DNA of 64,000 bases from a virus (taxonomy: Duplodnaviria > Caudoviricetes): positions 1-64,000 of IMG/VR virus record IMGVR_UViG_3300035208_003581; one strand, 5' to 3'. The notes beneath the pieces are model-generated. The model was not told the origin of the DNA. It worked only from the letters and a program-made list of their open reading frames with translations, and did not search any database. The position numbers and the translations under genes are program-made. Within the stretch, counting starts at the first letter, position 1, and the number at the start of each line of letters is the position of its first letter. Below, one piece after another: positions 59,015 to 64,000 of the stretch.

Positions 59015-62000
59015 ATGACAGAGTATAATTCACATTTAAATGATTTACTACATTTTGCTATAAACAATATGTTGAATAAAGTCCATATAACTTCAAAAGA
59101 TATGAACTCACAAAAGGTTAGAGGTGATAATTCTTTTGTTACTGGACTTGATAATGTGGGGAGTACAGGTTTAATAGATTTTTGGTACCCACTTGGATTT
59201 AGGAAACCATCAGCAACTGATCTATCTACAAATTTATTTAATTTCAATTCAAATACATCCACACCTAAATATGGTCGTATTGGTACTGTATTTGGAATTA
59301 CTGAAATAGCATATTCTGATAAGGATACTGCAAATAAGGGTGCATTATATCTTGCTCCATGTAGATTTATACATGACAGTGAAAACCTTCAAACTACAGG
59401 TGTGGTTGCAGGTGATATTTTATTTATTTTAGATACAAATACTTTTCATGTTATTGAATCTGTACTAGGGAGTGTTTTACAGTTTGCAGATGGGTCTTTT
59501 ACATTAACTGGTGATGTAAATGCATCTATTTTAAAATTAATACCTCAATCATTACTATCTATATCTGGACCAGATACTGAATTAGGTAAAGAACAAACAT
59601 TTATATTTTATGACCCAAATAGTCCTGTTGAAACTAACCCTGATTATTACAGATCTAATCTTAGTGAGTTAGATCAATATAGATTACGACCATTATTTCC
59701 AAATAGATCAAATATACGTATTGATGCTATTTTTAAGACTACTCTTGAGAATATGAATGAAGATTGGGATTTTCAATTAGTACTTTATCCCGATGATGGT
59801 ACTGGTAATCCTGACATAACAAAACCTATATTTGATAGACAAGTTATAATTGACACATCTTTACCAATAAGTGAGCAAGCACTTATTGTTGATTATATAC
59901 AAGGTGAAATAAGGTTAAGTGTCCCCTCAGTTGCTGGGGGGATGCTTAACCCTAATTCAGTTTCAGGACCATTAAAATTATGGGCGGCATTTGCCGTTAT
60001 TAGCAATGGTATTGTAAATAGTGTAAGTAAACTTCAAAGTTTACCACAAGTAACATCTGGTGATGGGCGTACTAATGTAGAATCGTATATTAAATATGAT
60101 TCAGATAAACAATTATGGTCTATACTTTCTGGTAAAGGTTATCAGAGTACAGTTCCAAGTGAGAAACCAAAACATGGATTTGGTATCACAGAATTCAGCT
60201 CAGATGAAGCAATTCCAGCATTTTATTTTGATGAAATTACAGAGTCTTGGAAAGTTGTATCACATGGTTCTGATACTGTTGATGTTGGTGCGGTTAATTT
60301 AGAATCAGCTGTTAAAGATGTAAATAATGGTAAAATTGGATTTTCATTTGTGGATGGTGAATCTGGTCTTCAATATAATAAAGATGAATTAAGATTATCT
60401 TCAAATATTACTCGTATAACTGGTTCTCAAAAAAAAGGTTCTGTATCAAACCAACAAAAGAATCATAATGGTATATTTTCAAATAACTCAAATATATCTA
60501 CAGATGGATCTGCACGTAAATATTCAAAAATTATAATTTCAGAAGAATATAATTATACATATACATTATCAGCATCAAACCATGTATTGGATTTAACGAT
60601 TGGTATTGATGAGGATATTAATTTAGATCTAGCTGGGTCTTATATTCCTGTAACTGGTGTTACATTAGGATATTTTGTATCTACGATACCACATGGATTT
60701 AAACCAGGCGATATGGTAGAGTTTGATAGTGCTATTATAGGATTAATGATCAATGCATTTTTTAGTTTCTACATTACAAATGGTTCTATTATTTCTGATA
60801 CTCAATTTAAACTTTCAGATACCTATGCAGATGCAATAGCTGGTACATCACATAATTTTTCAAATGTCGTTTCTAGTGTAAACATATTTAAAGCAGTTAA
60901 AAATTCATATGCTGGTAAATATGTTGCTGTAAAAGGCACTTCTAGTTCAATGTTTTCAAAAATAATTTCTAACACACATAATTCTTTATATACTGAAGAT
61001 GCTTGGACAAATTCAGAGGGAAATGGAACTATAGGACCTGGTATTGCTAATATTTATAATTGGTATTATGGTGTTAATAGAGAACAGTTAACATTATCTC
61101 AGTATATAGGTACTTCTACAGCTCCTTTTAATGGTGGTTTTTTTGATGGGGATAATATATGGCTATTCCCATATATTATGAATGGGGTAGATAATTTAAC
61201 ATTATTGAAAATAAATCAAATTTCTAAAAAAATAGATAGTTTTCCTTTACCTGTAGATATATATACATTTTCATCATGTGATACATGTGTATTTGATGGT
61301 TTATTTATTTGGATATATTCAACTCCATATTATTGTTATAAGTTTAATACAAAAACTTATGAGTATACAAGTTATACTACACCATATAATTCAACAGCAT
61401 TTAGATCAATATTTGATGGGGAAAATATTTGGTTGGATTGTGGATCTGATGGTATATATATTATAAATATACTAACAAATGAATATGAAAATATATCTAT
61501 AGTTGGTGGTTATAATTATATTTTATTTGATGGTGAGAGTATATGGTTAATACCATATACTTCTGATAACTTCTGTAAAATTTCAAAATCAACACATTCA
61601 GTAGAATATATACCTAATCCAATTTCAGGATCATGGTTGTTTTCTAGTGCTGTGTTTGATGGGGAACATATTTGGTGTATCCCTGATCAATCAACTTATT
61701 TTTTGAAAATTGATGTATCAACAAATTTGATGAAGGAAATACCACATATTTACACTGGTACAAATTTTTTCAGAGATTCTGCTTTTGATGGAGAACATAT
61801 TTGGTGTATTCCACATGACACAGATACTTTAGTATGTATTGATATTTCTGACGAGCACTTTTATGATTTCCCAGGGTTTTCTGGTGAACAATACAAAAAT
61901 ATCCTATGTGTGGATGGGAATTTATATGTATTTCCAAATGGTGATGGTACAAATCTAACAATTTTACATCCTTTAAATTTCCCTAAAAATATAATTAATT

Positions 62001-64000
62001 CTGAATCAATTACAACTAAAAAATTACAAATATCAGGTACACATGAAATCGAAGAACTCAGTACATTATCTACTATTTCTCAGAAGACATGCTTTCATAG
62101 TTTTGGAGATATTGGTGTAACTGTATCTGATGGTTATTTTAGAGTATATGATATTAAAAATCCATCATCTTTAACACTTCTAGGTTCGTATAATGTAGGT
62201 AGTTATACTTATGTTGATGTGTACACTAATGGTAAATATGCTATAGTATTGAAAGATGATACAATAGAATTGTTAAATATGAGAGTTCATACAAATATTT
62301 ATAATATGAGTACATATTATATTACTGGTGGTAGGGGTAAATTAGAGATTATTGATGGTGTTTTATTTGTATCCAGTACTACAGGTATTGTAATATTAAG
62401 TATAGAAAACACTGGTTGGTATGTTATTAATACCATAATAGGTTCTGAAGTATATGATTTTAAAATAAAAAATGACTTGTTAGTAGCGTCTACTTGGACT
62501 TCTCCAAGGGGTATTCATATTTATAATATATCAGATGTATTTAATGTGTATTCTATATATACTCCATCTGATATTGGTTTATATTGTTATGGTTTAGATA
62601 TTGTTGATAATTATGTATATCTAATTATTTCAAATTCCATTAGAATTTATGATATTACAATTTTAACTTCACCTGTTCTTTTACAGACTTTATCTCTGAG
62701 CAGTTTAGGATGTAATTTTGGTTCATCAACAAAATTGTTTATTGAAGGTGATTATTTATATTTATACAATACACATATTTACATATTTAATATTTCAAAT
62801 AGAGCATTTCCTGTATTAGAAACATTTTATGATATTTCAAGTACATTTTTATATAAAAATAATCAATATGTATATTCTATTTCTGGAGATAATATTTATA
62901 CTTATAAAATAGATACCATGAAACTTGGTAATGCACATACATCTTCGTTATTATCTAAAAATATTTATACTTCTAGATTAGAAGTGTCAACTAATTTAGA
63001 AGCAAAATCTATAAACGTTTCAGATGGTATTGTAAGTAATGGACGTATTTCTGCTTGGGGAAATATACGTTCTAATGATTTAATATCAGATAAATACTCA
63101 AACCTCAGTATGCTTTCTGTGATGAATTGGTCATCACTTAGTTTTACAGGATTTCCAACTAACCTAACTAGTATAGCATATGCAGATGATACTTCTACAC
63201 GAGAAAATGGACCTATTTGTTTGGTAGTTGGCGGTGCAGATATTTGGGAATCTTTTGATGGTAACTACTTTTCTATTAATATAAATAAAACTTTGGATGA
63301 TGTTACTCATAAAGTAGTATATGGTGATGGTAAATATGTTATAACGGCCACTGATGGTGGTAATGATTTTCCTATTAGTGTTACAGACGATGGTGTTAAT
63401 TTTACAGATTCATCTTCAATCTATAATCAACAAGGCCTCGCACATAATGGTCTATCAGGAGTTAATTCAATTTGGGTTTTAGTATGTGCAACAGGTGTAT
63501 TTTCTCAAAATGTTATCTATACCTCCCAAGATGCTACGAGTTGGACATCAAGATTGACTAGTGCTAGTATATCGTTTAATTCGGTTGCATTTGGGAAAAA
63601 TAGTTCTTGGCAAGATCTTTGGGTAGCAGTAGGGTATGAAGAGATATGGTATTCATCCGATAGTATAACTTGGTATGCAGCATCTTCAGTACCTTCTAAA
63701 CAGATATTATCTGTAGTATGGTCACAAGGTCGTTGGATTGCTGTATGCTCCAATAATACTATTCTCACATCTCCAGATGGGGATATATGGACAGCAATTG
63801 AAAATGTTTTTCCTTGGGCAAATTTTGACTTAGGTGGTAGCGGTGATGATTTAATAGATATTAAAACAGATGGTAATAATACTTTTGTTATTGTTGGTAA
63901 TAATGGGGTTATTGGAATATCCATATATCAAAATATATGGAAAAGAGCAGATTGTGTATACCCTAACATAAGTACAGTTCCAAATATTGTTGCATTAGAT
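59015..64000 (+). CDS. Giant receptor-binding/tail-fibre protein with several beta-propellers (partial, at least 1662 aa)
   Basis: ATG at 59015 (MTEYNSHLNDLLHF..), same frame open at the window end. Seven FDG..IW..P-type blades (61142-61935), LVIVD-like repeats (~62050-62900), Asp-box-like S.DG..W/F repeats (~63250-63800). Confidence 0.8.
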   Translation, partial: MTEYNSHLNDLLHFAINNMLNKVHITSKDMNSQKVRGDNSFVTGLDNVGSTGLIDFWYPLGFRKPSATDLSTNLFNFNSNTSTPKYGRIGTVFGITEIAYSDKDTANKGALYLAPCRFIHDSENLQTTGVVAGDILFILDTNTFHVIESVLGSVLQFADGSFTLTGDVNASILKLIPQSLLSISGPDTELGKEQTFIFYDPNSPVETNPDYYRSNLSELDQYRLRPLFPNRSNIRIDAIFKTTLENMNEDWDFQLVLYPDDGTGNPDITKPIFDRQVIIDTSLPISEQALIVDYIQGEIRLSVPSVAGGMLNPNSVSGPLKLWAAFAVISNGIVNSVSKLQSLPQVTSGDGRTNVESYIKYDSDKQLWSILSGKGYQSTVPSEKPKHGFGITEFSSDEAIPAFYFDEITESWKVVSHGSDTVDVGAVNLESAVKDVNNGKIGFSFVDGESGLQYNKDELRLSSNITRITGSQKKGSVSNQQKNHNGIFSNNSNISTDGSARKYSKIIISEEYNYTYTLSASNHVLDLTIGIDEDINLDLAGSYIPVTGVTLGYFVSTIPHGFKPGDMVEFDSAIIGLMINAFFSFYITNGSIISDTQFKLSDTYADAIAGTSHNFSNVVSSVNIFKAVKNSYAGKYVAVKGTSSSMFSKIISNTHNSLYTEDAWTNSEGNGTIGPGIANIYNWYYGVNREQLTLSQYIGTSTAPFNGGFFDGDNIWLFPYIMNGVDNLTLLKINQISKKIDSFPLPVDIYTFSSCDTCVFDGLFIWIYSTPYYCYKFNTKTYEYTSYTTPYNSTAFRSIFDGENIWLDCGSDGIYIINILTNEYENISIVGGYNYILFDGESIWLIPYTSDNFCKISKSTHSVEYIPNPISGSWLFSSAVFDGEHIWCIPDQSTYFLKIDVSTNLMKEIPHIYTGTNFFRDSAFDGEHIWCIPHDTDTLVCIDISDEHFYDFPGFSGEQYKNILCVDGNLYVFPNGDGTNLTILHPLNFPKNIINSESITTKKLQISGTHEIEELSTLSTISQKTCFHSFGDIGVTVSDGYFRVYDIKNPSSLTLLGSYNVGSYTYVDVYTNGKYAIVLKDDTIELLNMRVHTNIYNMSTYYITGGRGKLEIIDGVLFVSSTTGIVILSIENTGWYVINTIIGSEVYDFKIKNDLLVASTWTSPRGIHIYNISDVFNVYSIYTPSDIGLYCYGLDIVDNYVYLIISNSIRIYDITILTSPVLLQTLSLSSLGCNFGSSTKLFIEGDYLYLYNTHIYIFNISNRAFPVLETFYDISSTFLYKNNQYVYSISGDNIYTYKIDTMKLGNAHTSSLLSKNIYTSRLEVSTNLEAKSINVSDGIVSNGRISAWGNIRSNDLISDKYSNLSMLSVMNWSSLSFTGFPTNLTSIAYADDTSTRENGPICLVVGGADIWESFDGNYFSININKTLDDVTHKVVYGDGKYVITATDGGNDFPISVTDDGVNFTDSSSIYNQQGLAHNGLSGVNSIWVLVCATGVFSQNVIYTSQDATSWTSRLTSASISFNSVAFGKNSSWQDLWVAVGYEEIWYSSDSITWYAASSVPSKQILSVVWSQGRWIAVCSNNTILTSPDGDIWTAIENVFPWANFDLGGSGDDLIDIKTDGNNTFVIVGNNGVIGISIYQNIWKRADCVYPNISTVPNIVALD

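Noticed and set aside
1091-63924. Numerous short antisense or nested ORFs within long genes (e.g. 14763-15200, 24712-25053, 26431-26892, 63517-63924)
   Set aside because: They are shadow ORFs of long + strand genes, with no motifs or RBS support.
1-64000. Stop-codon reassignment (alternative genetic code)
   Set aside because: Genes are long and tile the window under the standard code; TAA, TAG and TGA all end genes at tight junctions.

Overview
This is an AT-rich (roughly 30% GC by eye), densely coded window, almost entirely on the + strand. It reads as the virion morphogenesis region of a large (jumbo-type) contractile-tailed phage. From left to right: two membrane-anchored PAS-domain paralogs followed by four small membrane/coiled-coil (holin-like) genes; Ig-repeat decoration and neck/head-completion genes; a volactin-like actin ATPase inside the neck module; an FmdB-type Zn-ribbon gene; a 1408-aa tail sheath; an interrupting regulatory island (HTH, sigma-like factor, Zn-finger/QE-repeat protein); then tail tube, paired chaperones, tape measure, tube initiators, hub, spike, wedge and baseplate-J genes. 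The window ends in fibre/receptor-binding genes, the last of which (from 59015, at least 1662 codons) runs off the end and is missing from the ORF track. I saw no capsid, terminase, endolysin, tRNA, rRNA, CRISPR array or integrase. The best candidates for undescribed biology are (1) the output-less membrane PAS pair co-located with holin-like genes, (2) the volactin-like actin in the neck module, (3) a sigma-like gene that shares its leader with a structural gene, (4) a triplicated, almost uncharged protein after the spike, and (5) a virion domain apparently split across two adjacent genes. All family assignments come from motif recognition by eye and gene order; no searches were run.
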